From contig NC_086097.1 in NCBI RefSeq assembly GCF_963921235.1, positions 92,816,001 through 92,880,000 of the forward strand: a stretch of DNA of 64,000 nucleotides, in the 5' to 3' direction. The notes below the pieces were generated by a model. That model was given only the letters and a program-made list of their open reading frames with translations. It made no database searches and was not told the origin of the DNA. Each line of letters opens with the position of its first letter. The stretch's first letter is position 1. The stretch is from Mobula hypostoma (taxonomy: Eukaryota). Made by a program: the position numbers and the translations under genes. Below are positions 48,501 through 61,116 of this stretch, piece by piece.

Positions 48501-50879
48501 CAGGCCTCAGCCAGAGTAATAAATAATCTTCTGGAAAAACTCAGTGAGTCCAATGGTATATGTGGAAGGAAAGGAATTGTCAGCATTTCAGGTTGAAATC
48601 CTGCTTCATGCAGGGTTTCAACCCAAGATATCAACTGTCCCAATGCAGGGTTTTGATCTGAAACGTTGACAATTCCTTTCCTCCCGTAGGTATTGCACAA
48701 TTCGCCAAGCCCCCTCCAGGAGATGGTTCATTGCACCAAATACCAGCATCTGCAGTCTCCTGTGTCTCCTTCAGCTCATCTGCCTCCCTCACTATACACC
48801 TCGTATTTAGTTGTACGCCAGTAAGTAGAGGCAGACTCCTTTCTCATATCTTCCAACCTTCCTTTGTTCAGCCTTCCAAGCTCTCTCATTAACTTTGTAC
48901 CTTCCATTTGCATTCTGCCTCTGCCCATTTCGGATCCGTGCTCAGACTTGACAATCCTGCCATTGGTAGCAGGTTTACCACAAGGATATTGGCCCTGACC
49001 CTTTTCAGGTACAGCATACCTAGTAGACACAGCAGCCGCATACCCTAGAAATGGTCAGAGTGTCCCAGGGATTTGAAGTTCTGTCTCCTTCACCATGTAC
49101 TCATTTGCAGAATCCTTCTACTTCTCTTCTCATTGGTACCTGGCATGGAAGTAATCTCAAGATTATTACCTTTGAGGACCTAGGTAGATCAACTAAATGG
49201 TCTTTGACCCGAACTGTTTCTCTTTCCATAGATACTGCCTCATCCACTGATCATTTTCAGCATTTTCGTTTTTACTCCCTTTGAGATTCTGCTTTTCAAT
49301 CTCCTCAGACTCTGCCTTTTGGAATTGCCAAGGATCAAGACCTTCAGTTTTCATCCCCCCCACCTTGAGAATGCCTTGCAGCACCAACTGATATTGTACA
49401 CTTAGAGAGTCTTGGAACAGGTTCTTCATTTACCACGTCAACGCTGTCATCAAATATTCAACTAGTTGACCCTATATTCTAGAATTCAGCCCATATGCTT
49501 GATTCTGGCACCAGGAAAGCAAAGTTCAAGTTTCAAGTTTAAGCTTATTGTCATAGGCATACATACGCCAGACACAAATACACAGCAACAGCTCCGTATA
49601 TTACAAGCATGACAAACCTAAACCAACAGAAACTTAAATGAACATAAATAATGTACAATTTACATGAAAAATGGACAAAATAAACATTATGATGTTAGAG
49701 CCTGTTGAGAGAGAGAGAGATACAAGAAATATATCTGAGGTATTGTTAAGGGTTTTCAGGTCAGTTCACAAACCTGCTGGCCGTGAGGAAGAAGCTGCTT
49801 TTGAACCTTGAGGTCTAGGTCTTCAGCTCCTGTACGTCCTACCTGATGGCAGCATTTGAGAAGAGAGTGGAACCTGAACCATGGGGTTCCCCAGTGATGG
49901 ATCTTGCTTTCCCGGAATCACTTCTCTGAAAGTAGAGACACCTGTTGGCTCCCCTCATGATAGAACCGCTGAGGTTTTCACCTCCCTCCTGGTACAATTG
50001 TGCTACCACCTGGGTTCTGGCTGCAATCACCCAGCATAACACTTTATCCTATCATTCTGACAGAATATTGGTTAGAGATCAAGGAGCCCCTAAAAGTCAG
50101 TGTTGAGTCTCTGGATCCCCGAGGCAGCAATTCCATTTCTTGGGCGGAAATTTAATTTCTTTTACATTGCATTAAAATGATGAGTGAGGCAGGAAAACTT
50201 GGCCTTGGTTGTGGCTGGACTAATTGGTTATGGCAGGAAATCACACTGGAACCTGGTTCAAACCCTGGCTAGAGCCCCTCTATTCCTTGAAGGGCCCAGG
50301 GCCGAGTCTTGGCCTAGTCTGTTGCAAATCAACTGGCACCGACCATTCTGGCTCTGTGGAGCAGATGGTAGAGCTGCACCTCATGACTTCAGTGACCCAT
50401 GTGGAGTTTACAAATTTCTCCCATGTCCACATGGGTTTCTCTGGTTCTCCGGTTTCCTCTCATATCCCAAAGGTGTGCTGATGGATTAATAGGCCACTGT
50501 AAGTTATACCTCAAACTGAAGGGGACCTGATGACCATTTAAGAGAGAGAGAGAGAGAGAGAGAATAACATACATGCCCCTAAAGAAAATCTGACTGATGG
50601 GATCGCTCTGCCAGGAAGTCGCATTCACCCAATGGACCACATGTTTTCCTTCCATGTTTTTTGAGAAATGAGCCTGGAGCTTCAAGCGTACAAGGACAGA
50701 CATCTGATTGGTTTTCAGTTCAAAAGGCTGGACTTCGCCATGGGGGCTGTCCGTTCTTTGGGGACTGACCAGAGCTATCCAGGAACTGAAGATTAATATC
50801 CTGGATATAACTTAGGATGTGGTTGGCTGCAAAAGCAGGGTAGGAATGAATTAGGTGCTCTTTGATGTACTTGAACATG

Positions 50880-51960
50880 ATTCAAAGTTCAAAGTAAGTT
50901 TATTATCAAAGTACATATATGTCACCATATACAACCCTGAGATTCATTTTCTTGTAGCATACTCAATAAATCATAGAATAATAATCATATCAAAATCAAT
51001 GAAAGCCCACATCAATGTGGGCATTCAACCAGTGTGCGAGACAAATAAACTGTGCAAATACAGAAAGAACAAATTAATAATAATAAATATTGAGAACATG
51101 AGACAAGAGTCCTTGAAAGTGCATCCATAGGTTGTGGGAACAGGTCAGTGATGGGTAAGTGAAGTTGAGTGAAGTTACTCACTTTAGTTCAAGAGCCTGA
51201 TGGCTGAGGGGTAATAATTGAACCCGGTGGTGTGAGTCCTGAGGCTTCTGTGCCTTCTTCCTGATGGCAGCAGTGTGAAGAGAACTTGTGGGGGTCTCTG
51301 ATGATGAATGCTAATCTCCTGTAATGCTTTGTGTAGAGGTGCTCAATGGTGGGAAGGGTTTTACCTGTGAGGCTGTATCATTTTCTCTCTCACACACACA
51401 CACACTCACTCACACTCAAACACACCCCCACATAATCAAACACACAGGACTGGGCTGTATCACTTTCTCTCTCACAAACACACACTCACTCACACTCAAA
51501 CACACCCACACACAATCAAACACACAGGACTGGGCTGTATCACTTTCTCTCTCACAAACACACACTCGCTCACACTCAAACGCACCCCCACATAATCAAA
51601 CACACAGGACTGGGCTGTATCACTTTCTCTCTCACAAACACACACTCACTCACACTCAAACACACCCACACACAATCAAACACACAGGACTGGGCTGTAT
51701 CACTTTCTCTCTCACAAACACACACTCGCTCACACTCAAACGCACCCCCACATAATCAAACGCACAGGACTGGGCTGTATCACTTTCTCTCTCACAAACA
51801 CACACTCACTCACACTCAAACACACCCACACACAATCAAACACACAGGACTGGGCTGTATCATTTTCTGTTCAAGGGCACCGGTGTATCCATACCAGGCT
51901 GTGAGGCAGCCAGTCAATAAACTCTCCACCATATATCTTTAGAAGTTTCTAGATATGTGG
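50880..51960 (-). mobile_element. Rex1-like LINE 3' end hosting an 80-bp tandem array
   Basis: Tail ttcaaagttcaaagtaagtttattatcaaag and body match the + strand copy at about 58680-59290 and the fragment at 60156-60390. Confidence 0.7.
51371..51868. repeat. 80-bp tandem repeat x6 with alternating A/B units (160-bp higher-order period)
   Basis: ggactgggctgtatca recurs at 51447, 51527, 51607, 51687, 51767 and 51847. Variants cccccacataatc and cccacacacaatc alternate. Confidence 0.95.
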
Positions 51961-52329
51961 TGGAGAGTATATGTGTTATAGATACTTGATTAGATGTTTA
52001 AGTACAGGAAAGGGTGGAAGAGTGCGTTTTGATTGGATGAGTGCAGGTTGGTGTGTTAATTGCCAGTGTAAATTGCCCTAGTACGTGGGTAAGGAGTAAT
52101 CCGGGAAATGTGGGGAGAAAGAAATGGGACTGAATGTCAGATGGTCGGCACAGACTCATTGGGCCGAAAAGCCTATTTTACATCTCAACCTGTTGGTGTC
52201 GTGTGAGCCCAGCGGGGCAGTGAACGTGTGTTGCAAAGATATTTAAGCTTCTGCTCTGCTGAGCTCTCAATTTTGTTTACTTGTCGGCTCTGCCTGCGTG
52301 GTAACGCCCCCTCCTCCCAAGAGATCGGT

Positions 52330-52615
52330 TTTATTTTTTGTAGCTCTATTAAGCAAACAAGGGTGCTGTTTTCCCCATCCTCCAGGATTGTGAGGTACTG
52401 ATTTATTTCCAGAGGGGCAAAAGGACACACGGGGCTCAGACATTTGTTTTTCTGAGCTGAGTCATTCCTCGGCTGGCAGGTGTCTGTAGGACTGTGTGGA
52501 GAGCCGGTCCCGTCCGCATGGGACGGCTGCACTTAAGGTGTACAGCCCACCCACTGCAGGGCGTTTGCCTCGGCCCCCACGGGGCAGCTCCTCCGCGTCG
52601 GCTCACTGACGATGG
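52330..52615 (-). other. Candidate terminal exon of an unidentified minus-strand gene
   Basis: About 75 nt AG-free pyrimidine tract ending ttccttcgCAG (52616-52618), a GC/CpG-rich body, and AATAAA at 52402-52407 and 52330-52335 on the minus strand. No recognised protein homology. Confidence 0.35.
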
Positions 52616-52769
52616 CTGCGAAGGAAGAAGTGACAGGAGGGAGTGGGAGGGAAGGCAGGAACAAGTCACGAAATGCAGGCGAGAAGATTAACCCCTTCGT
52701 CACTCTAAGCCATAAGGTGCCTTTGTGTCTGTGTGCAAAGGCGAGTTTTATTGTGTGTGTAAGCTTTTA

Positions 52770-53185
52770 AGTGCGTATGTTTAATTGGGTAACTGAATGG
52801 GTGTGTGTGTGTATGTGGGGGTGTTTATGCATGTGAGTAGAGGTACTGTATGTGAGTATGAGTCTGTGTATGGATTTGATTGTGATTGTGAATGTGCGTG
52901 TAGGTGTGTGCAAGTATGTCAGTAGGTACGTGAGTAAGTGTGAGTTTGTGTCTGAGAATATCTCTGGGTGTGTGTGAATGTGTAAGCTTGTGTGCGTTTG
53001 TGAGTGTGTTTGGGTATATGTGGGTGTGTGGGTGTGAATGGATCTGTGTACCCCTGAGTAGGTGTTTGATTGTGTTTGTGAATGTGGGTAACCATACCTG
53101 TATGTCTGATTATGTGTGGGTGTGTTTGAGTGTGTGTGTGTGAATTTTTGTAAGACTCTGTGTGTGTGTGTGTGTGTGTGTGTGA
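52770..53185. repeat. Degenerate (TG)n-rich low-complexity tract ending in a pure TG microsatellite
   Basis: Directly visible; pure (tg)n at about 53159-53184. Confidence 0.9.
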
Positions 53186-54422
53186 GACACAAGACATACA
53201 AAATGAGGCCATTCAGCCCATTGAGTCTGCTCCAAGTGTGTGTGCATACCAGTTTGTAGGAACCAGTGTTTGAAGTGGGATTTTCTGGAGAGGGATGCCC
53301 AACTCTGTAGGAACTTCCTGCTGCCTCAGGTATTTGATGGCTAGCCAACAGGAAGCTGCAGGAGACTGAACCTGGGTGAGAAAATTGGACAAATCAGGTT
53401 CTATCTGCTAGTTCATTTGCTTATCATAAATTATTGGTTACAAGAATGCTGGAGCATGAGGAATAGCATTGAACTGCGAGGGCTAACAACCAATACAAGA
53501 AAGGCCTATTCACTCTTTGATTGACAATTGTCCTGGGGGGAGGGGTAATGGATAGTCAAGGGTTGACAAAACATTCAAAGGGAGGAGGTCACTTGACAAC
53601 ACTTCAAGATTAAGCCCAGTCAGGGCTAACAACCAGTGTGAGCTTTTGGTGTCATTTTAGGGGGAGCCTGCCCCATCCTTGGTCACGGAGCACTAACAGC
53701 TTGGGAAAGGGACGAGACCTCCCAACCTCCTTAACAATGGGTGCTTCATGACCAGGGACACTGGACAAGCAAGACTGCAGGCAGGCATATTGTGGCCAAT
53801 TCTGGGCCCTGTTTCAGAAAGGAGTTAACGTGGCGCTAGAGGTGTTACAGAAGGAACGAGGAAAATATTTTCCACCCAGAAGGTGGCAGGCTTTGGAACT
53901 TACTGTCTGAAACAGAGGCAGAAGAAGGAAGCCTCACTGCACTTAAAGCAATACTTGGATGTGCACTTGAACATGTCTGTTAAGGTCACATTATAGATAT
54001 GTTAGCACAATTTTAGGCCAATGGATTAGAGAGCAGTGTCAGTAGTAATGCAACTTTGGCTAAAGGATAGTAATCAGAGAATACAGGGAAATATAAATTT
54101 TCAGATTGAAGGAGAATATACAGAAGTGACTACTCGCCACGGGATCATTGTTCTTTTTGAAACGGTTTGGAGTACAGCATTCGAGAAATCATTTCAGACC
54201 AAAGAGGAAAGAAAGGGGGACTGATTTGATAGCTCTGTCAAAGAGACAATGGTGCTGTTCGATGCAGTCAATAAATGCATATTTATCAATATAATTTTTA
54301 ATGTATCAGTATATGCAACAATATAAGGACAACTAGAGGAGCATCTCTCTCTCTGCACCAGAGAATGAGAGAGAAAATGAGAGAGGTTGCTGAAGAGATA
54401 AAACTGCATTAGTCATGATCTT

Positions 54423-55875
54423 TCAGGAACCACTTGATTCTGGCATGGTCCTAGAGGACTGGAAGATTGCAAATGTCACTCCACTCTTTAAGAAGGGAGG
54501 AAAGCAAAAAAAATGGAAATTATAGCCCGTTAGCCTAACCTCAGTGGCTGGGAAACGGTTGGAGTCTATTATTAAGGATGAGGTTCCAGGGTACTCGGAG
54601 ACTAGTGACAAAATAAGTCAAAATCAGCATGGTTCTATAAAAGGAAATCTTGCCTGGCAAATCTGTTAGAGATTTTCAAGAAAGTAACAAGTAGGGTGGA
54701 CAAAGGACAGGCAATAGATGTCATTTACTTGGATTTTCAGAAGGCATTTGATAAGATGCCACATCTGAGGCTGATTAACAAGATAAATTCCCATGGCATG
54801 GGTAGTGGAGTGGCTGACAGGCAGGAGGCAGTGAGTGGGAATAAAGGGGACCTTTTCCAGCCTGTGGCTCGTGGTGTTCCTCAGGGGTCAGTAGCGGGAC
54901 CGCTACTTTTCACACTGTTTGTTAATAATTTAGATAATGGAATTGATGGCTTTGTGGCAAAGTTTGCTGATGATACAAAGATAGGTGGAGGGGTAGGTCA
55001 TGCTGAGGAAGCAAAGCGATTGCAGAAGGACTTAGACAAATTGGAAGAATGGGCAAACAAGTGGCAGATGGAATACAATGTTGAGAAATGTATGAAATGT
55101 ATTTTGGTAAAAGGAACAAAAGTGCAGACTATTATCTAAATGGGGAAAAATTCAAACATCAGAGGTGCAGAGAGACTTAGGAGTCCTCGTGCAAGACTCT
55201 CAGAAGGTTAATTCACAGGTTGAGTCTGTGGTAAAGAAGGCAAATGCAATGTTGGCATTTATTTCAAGGGGAATAGAATATAAAAACAAGGAGATAATGC
55301 TGGGGCTTTATAAGACACTCGTCAGGCGCACTTGGAGTATTGTCAACAGTTTTGGGCCCTATATCTCAGAAAGGATGTGTTGTCATTTGAGAGAGTCCTG
55401 CAGAGGTTCATGAGGATGATTCCGGGAATGAAGAGGTTAACGTGTGAGGAGTGTTTGGCAGCTTTGGGCCTGTACTCACTGGTAATTAGAAGAATGTGGG
55501 GGAATCTCATTGAAACCTACTGAATGTTGAAATGACTAGATAGGGTGGATATGGAGAGGATATTTCCTGTGGTGGGGGTACCTAGAACTAGAGGGCACAG
55601 CCTCAAAATTGAGGGGCGACCCTTTAGAAGAGATGTAAGGGGGATTTTGTTAGCCAAAGAGTAGTGAATCTGTGGAATGCTCTACAACAGACTGCTGTGG
55701 AGGCCAATCTGTGGGTATATTCAAGACGGAAGTTGATAGTTTCCTGATTGGTCAGGGCATCAAAGGATATGGTGAGAAGGCAGATACATGGGGTCGAGTG
55801 GGATCCCGGATCAGTCATGTTGGAAAGACGGAGCAGACTTGACATGCTGAATTCTGCTCCTATGTTTTATAGTCT
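54423..55875 (+). mobile_element. 5'-truncated, frameshifted CR1 LINE
   Basis: ORF pieces YLDFQKAFDKMPH, GVPQGSV, KFADDTK and KKANAMLAFISRGIEYK; 3' UTR ending ctgctcctatgttttatagtctt. Confidence 0.92.
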
Positions 55876-55879
55876 TAAT

Positions 55880-56143
55880 AAGGTTCAGTGTTGACCTCCG
55901 TCTTTACATGTTCTCCCTGTGGCTATGTGGGTTTCCTCCAGATACTCCTGTTTCTTCCCACATCCTAAAGATTGGTAGGTTGGTAGGTTAATTGGCCACT
56001 GTAAATTCCCCTATTGTGTAAATGAGTGGTGAGATCTGGAGTGGGTTGATGAGAACGGGATTAATGTAAATGGGCAGTTGGTAGTTAGCATGGACTTGTT
56101 GGGCTGAAGGGCCTGTTTAGTGCTGTCAGTGATTCCATGACTC
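55880..56143 (+). mobile_element. V-SINE, CpG-decayed copy
   Basis: tttacatgttctccctgtggctatgtgggtttcctccagatactcctgtttcttcccacatcctaaaga; another copy lies at about 50360-50650. Confidence 0.75.
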
Positions 56144-57044
56144 TAATAAATTGGCAAAGACTCTAATGTAAAATACAAACTCCAAGATATCAAAATAAAG
56201 CAAAGCACCCCCAGAATATCAAAATAAACTGTAATGTAGTGATGTAAACTCTCTCATATCAGTATCAATATTGCTATTGATAATGAATCACTATAAATGT
56301 CATTGAATCAATATGAAACCTAATGTAGCAATATAAACTCCAATAAATCAATATAACAGTATAAACTCCAGCACAGCAAGGCAGATCTTTCTGACACATC
56401 AGTAATAATCAGTGTATGTTTATAACCTGCATCTCATTGCTATCAACTTCTCTTTTATACTGTATACAGCACTGTATTGCAATATAGCAATTTAATTTTA
56501 AAGTGTCTGTGTATCAATGTAAACTCCAGTTTGTAAGCATCCCCTTGTTCCTTTTGTTTCATCCTCTGGCTGTGTTTATTTCTCAAATGGTTAATTCTCT
56601 TTCTCCGTATGAATTTTTCAGAAACTAAATTAACACAATTTTAACGTTGAATTGTTTTCCTCTTCTCAGAACCGATACCCACATTTCTCGAGGCTAGTTT
56701 GTTCCCTCCCTACATGAGAGACTATTTTCTTAGCTTTGCTAAATGGGATTAATTTATAAAACATAAACTGCTTCCATGGTGTCACATTTCTACATGTCTG
56801 CCCTGCTGCTGAGGAGAATGAGTTCTGAACTTGAATCTTGCTCAATGCTTCTGGCCTAGTTCTGCAGTTATAAAGTAAATAAAAACCACTTTCTTACATT
56901 AAACATAGCATTTTAAAATAATTGAATTTTAAATCCCGCTCTGTCTTCAGTCCAATAAAAATAAGTTTAATTCCATGACTCATTGCATTTGAATTGCCAC
57001 AAAAATTCTCCCAATTATATTGCCTGACCACAGAGGAACATCAC

Positions 57045-57540
57045 AACACACACAAAATGCTGGAGGATCTCAGCAGGTCAGGCAGCATCCAGTCAACGTA
57101 TCGGGCCAAGGCCCTTCTCCAGGACTAGAAAAGAAGGGGGAAGAAACCAGAGTAAAAAGTTGGGGGGAAGAGGAAGAAGATAGGTAGATGGTGATAGGTG
57201 AAGCCAGGCAGGTGGGAAAGGTCAAGGGCTGGAGAGGAAGCTGTCTTATCGGAGGGGAGAGTGGGTTATAGGAGAAAGGAAATGATGAGGTGCACCAGGG
57301 GGAGGTGATAGGCAGGTGAGAAGAGGTAAAAGGACAGAGTGGAAAATAGAAGAAAACGGGAAGGATTTTTTTACCGGAAGGAGAAATTGATTATCATGTC
57401 ATCAGGTTGGAGTCTACCCAAACGGAATATAAGTGTTGCTCCTCCACCCTGAGGGCGGCCTCATTGTGGCACAAGAGGAGGCCATGGACTGACATGTTGG
57501 AATGGAATTGGGAATGGAAATTAAAATGCTTGGCCATCGT
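57045..57540 (-). mobile_element. Penelope-like 3' end (GIY-YIG C-terminus plus pLTR)
   Basis: Parallels 21235-21780. Minus strand reads AKHFNFHSQFHSNMSVHGLLLCHNEAALRVEEQHL and ends cctgctgagatcctccagcattttgtgtgtgttg. Confidence 0.85.
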
Positions 57541-58029
57541 GGAGTTCTACTTCAAGCAAATGTCCATGCACATCAGGATGCTTTGGCATTTGTCTCATTT
57601 TTGCAATTTCTCCAGTGTTTTCTTGCCATTAAAACAATGTTAGAGGATCGAGCAAGTCTATTAAAATGTTCAATTCAAAGTCTTTAAAACTTTTCTAATC
57701 TTCAGATGCATTGGAATCCCTCTCTGAAACCTCCCCAAGGCCAGAGTTTCTCTTGGATCCTTGGCGTATGAAAGTGCACACGCTTTCACTGGGGTTAGGA
57801 AATAAATGTGAATTGATCATTGTGTATCATTAATGTAGAAATTATAAATATCATAACAGCAAACTATGATCAACTTCTCACCAATACACTGCAGTTTCAC
57901 ATGGGTGTAATGTGAGGACTATCAGTTTCTCAAGTCCCAGCCATTCTCATCAGTAGTTGAACTCCATTAGCCAATGATTGTTCCAATCTCAACAAGGTCC
58001 TGTCCTGCAAAAATATATTGTTCTGTCTT

Positions 58030-58117
58030 GAATGTACCTGTATCTTACCTGAATCATACCTGGATCAAATTTGAATCATACTCGAATCATGTTGTATCAT
58101 ACCTGCATCATACCTGG
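58030..58117. repeat. Degenerate 11-bp tandem repeat (GAATCATACCT), about 8 units
   Basis: tgaatcatacctggatcaaatttgaatcatactcgaatcatgttgtatcatacctgcatcatacctgg. Confidence 0.75.
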
Positions 58118-59371
58118 CTTATGAAAAACTAACTTGTCTACCCCTTAAGGTTAGCTCAATAGCACGGCACTTAGAACTGCTGTCACAAAGCTCTAAAGAT
58201 CTGGGTTTGATCCTGACTTCTTAAGAACTGCAATCACAATTCTAGGTTCTCAAAACACCCTCTGAAACCTGTCATTCCTCCACCCTCCCCTGTTTATGTA
58301 CTCTGCTTTAAAAGTATTTAGAGACTCTGCTTCCACCACTCTTTGAGGAAGAGAATTCTAATGACTCGTGGCTCAAGATAAGGTCACCTATTAGTCTGTT
58401 CATCTTGAATGAATAGGTCTCGATGTCCTCTTATTTTTGTGTGGATGACCCCTTACTTTTAAACAGTTACCTCTACTTATAGACTTTCTCACAAGAAGAA
58501 CCAACCTCTCCACATCCATCCTGTCAGCACAGGGTATCTTTGTGTTTCATTCAAATCCTTTCTTATTTTTCCAAAATTAGTCAGCCCAACTTTTCTGCAT
58601 AAGACAATATACCTGAATATTCAGCCAAGGGTTGCCTGACAGATTCTTCCAACATATTGTTGAATGAACATAGGATCACAGATAGGATCACAGCCTGGTA
58701 TGGACACACCAACCCCTTAAACAGAAAAACTATAAAAAGTAGTGGATACAGCCCAGTTCATCACAAGTAAGGCTCTCCCCATCATTGAGCACATCTACAT
58801 GAAACACTGTTGCAGGAAAGCAGCATCCATCATCAGAACCCCTGCTACCCAGGACATGCTCTCTTCTCACTGCTGCCATCAGGAAGAAGGTACGGGAGCC
58901 TCAGGACTCACACCACCAGGTTCAGGAACCGTTACTATCCCTCAACCATCAGGATCTTGAACCAAAGGGGATAACTTCACTCAACTTCACTTGCCCCATC
59001 ACTGAAATGTTCCCACAACCTATGGACTCCCTTTCAAAGACTCTTTGTCTTATGTTCTTAATATTTATTGATTATTTATTTATTATTATTATTTCTTTCT
59101 TTTTCTATTTGCACATTTTGTTGTCTTTTGCACAATGGGTGAACACCCAAGTTGGTGCAGTCTTTCATTGATTCTGTTATGGTTATTATTCTATAGATTG
59201 ATTCAGCATATCCACAAGAAAATGAATCTCAGAGCTGAAAACTGTGACATATATGTACTTTGATAATAAATTTACTTTGGACCTTTGAATGGACTGTCCC
59301 AGGCAATGTCTCTGGGCTGCGGGTTCAGAGTAGAATTGAAGGAAATGATGGAGGATTGCTGGCTGTTTACA

Positions 59372-59872
59372 ATAGAACATAGAAATCTACAGCACATTAC
59401 AGGCCCTTCAGCCCACAATGTTGTGCCGACCATGTTACCTATTCTAGAGACTGCCTACAATTTCCCTACCTCATAGCCCTCTATTTTTCTAAGCTCCATG
59501 TACAGTACCTATCTAAAAGTTTCTTAAAAGAACCTATTGTATCCTCCTCTACCACTGTCACTGGCAGTGCATTCCACACACCCACCACTCTCTGTGTGAA
59601 ATACTTACCTCTGACCTTCCCCCTGTACCTACTTCCATGCACCTTAAAACTGTACCCTCTTGTGTTAGCCATTTCAGCCCTGGGAAAAAGCTTCTAGCTA
59701 TCCACACGATCAACGCCTCTCATCATCTTATACACCTCTGTCAGGTCACCTCTCATCCTCCGTCACTCCAAGGAGAAAAGGTCAAGTTCACTCAACGTAT
59801 TCTCATAAGGCATGCTCTCCAATCCAGGCAACATCCTCACAAATCTCCTCTACACTCTCTCTATAGTATCCA
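59372..59872 (-). mobile_element. CR1 3' end
   Basis: ORF trace NTRGYSFKV...FTQRVVGVWNALP and a tagaacatagaa tail. Same subfamily as the copy at about 18168-18368. Confidence 0.85.
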
Positions 59873-61116
59873 CAAATACTGTGACAATATCAGGAAAAGT
59901 TAATTATACTCAGTCGGACAGTCAGCCTCTGCAGAGAGAGACAAACATTTCACCTTCCACATCAGTGCTTTTCCAGACATTGCAACATCAGAAATGGGAT
60001 AGCCTACTCCTTTTGCAGCCAGGCTAGCTTTGTAGATATAGACCCCTTCAAAGAACTCACCTCAAAGCCAATAAAGTGGAGACATGGAATTCTACTGGCT
60101 AATCAGTGTGACAGTGACCTGACAGTATGTATAGTGCAAGTTCCTATTGCACAATTCAAAGTTCAAAGTAAATTTATTATAATTGTACATATGTTGCCAT
60201 ATCCTATCTTGAGATTTATTTTCTTGTACACATCTGCAGGAAAAGTAGAACTACAACGGAATTTCACAAAACACTGTACATAGACAAAGACTGACTAACA
60301 ACCAATGCGCAAAAACTGTGCAACTAGAAATATAATACTGAGAAGAGGAATTGTAAAGAGTCCTTGAGTGTGAGTTTGTAGGCCATTGATGGGTATAATG
60401 CACGCATGTGATTCACGCAGAGCAGGGTGGCAATCGTCTTGCAACACCCGCGGAGGCCTCTGCTGTGAAATTGATTCACGTGCATGTAATTAATCCACTG
60501 TGGCTCACAGACAGCCTGAACAGCAGGAAGACCCTTGCACTGCGCTGCTTAAATAGATCATCTATTACATTGTCTTTGTTATCCACAAGATACAGAAGCC
60601 ATCCAGGGCCTCTCCACTGTAGCTAACACGCCCAACAAATAAGTGCCAAAAATGCCCCATACATTCTAAAAACATTGCAATGCATTAGTAACCTTTAAAA
60701 TGTTTAGGTTGTCAAAAAGGAAATGATATTAGATGCTCGTGAAACTTGAAAAAAACAATTTATTTTTGTAATTACAAGGTGTGGCTATAACACAAAGTAG
60801 GCAGCCAATTTATAGAAGTGGTCAAGAATCTGATCACTATTTTAACTAGACCTGAATGTAAGCATTGCATACAGGAATATTTGTCAGAAAAACATTCAAG
60901 ATTGGGTGTGGAGTTCAATGTGAGATCACAGATCCACAAAGAACACATCAATGGATAGACATGGACTGAGCTCATTCATGGCTGTGCCAGGGAATCACTC
61001 AGAATTAAGCTTATTGACCAGGCATTCAGATTTGTGAATGTGCTGAAATCTGTGCAGCTGACAGACAGACCACCTTCCTTTAGCCTAATTAAAATGGTGC
61101 ATTTATTATGGTGTGG

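Noticed and set aside
51371..51868. Regularly spaced direct repeats resembling a CRISPR array
   Set aside because: The intervening segments are near-identical rather than unique spacers, there are no cas genes, and the context is vertebrate. The same applies to 40718-40948 and 12600-12775.
52767..53348. His/Thr-rich 193-aa minus-strand ORF
   Set aside because: Translation of the (TG)n low-complexity tract.
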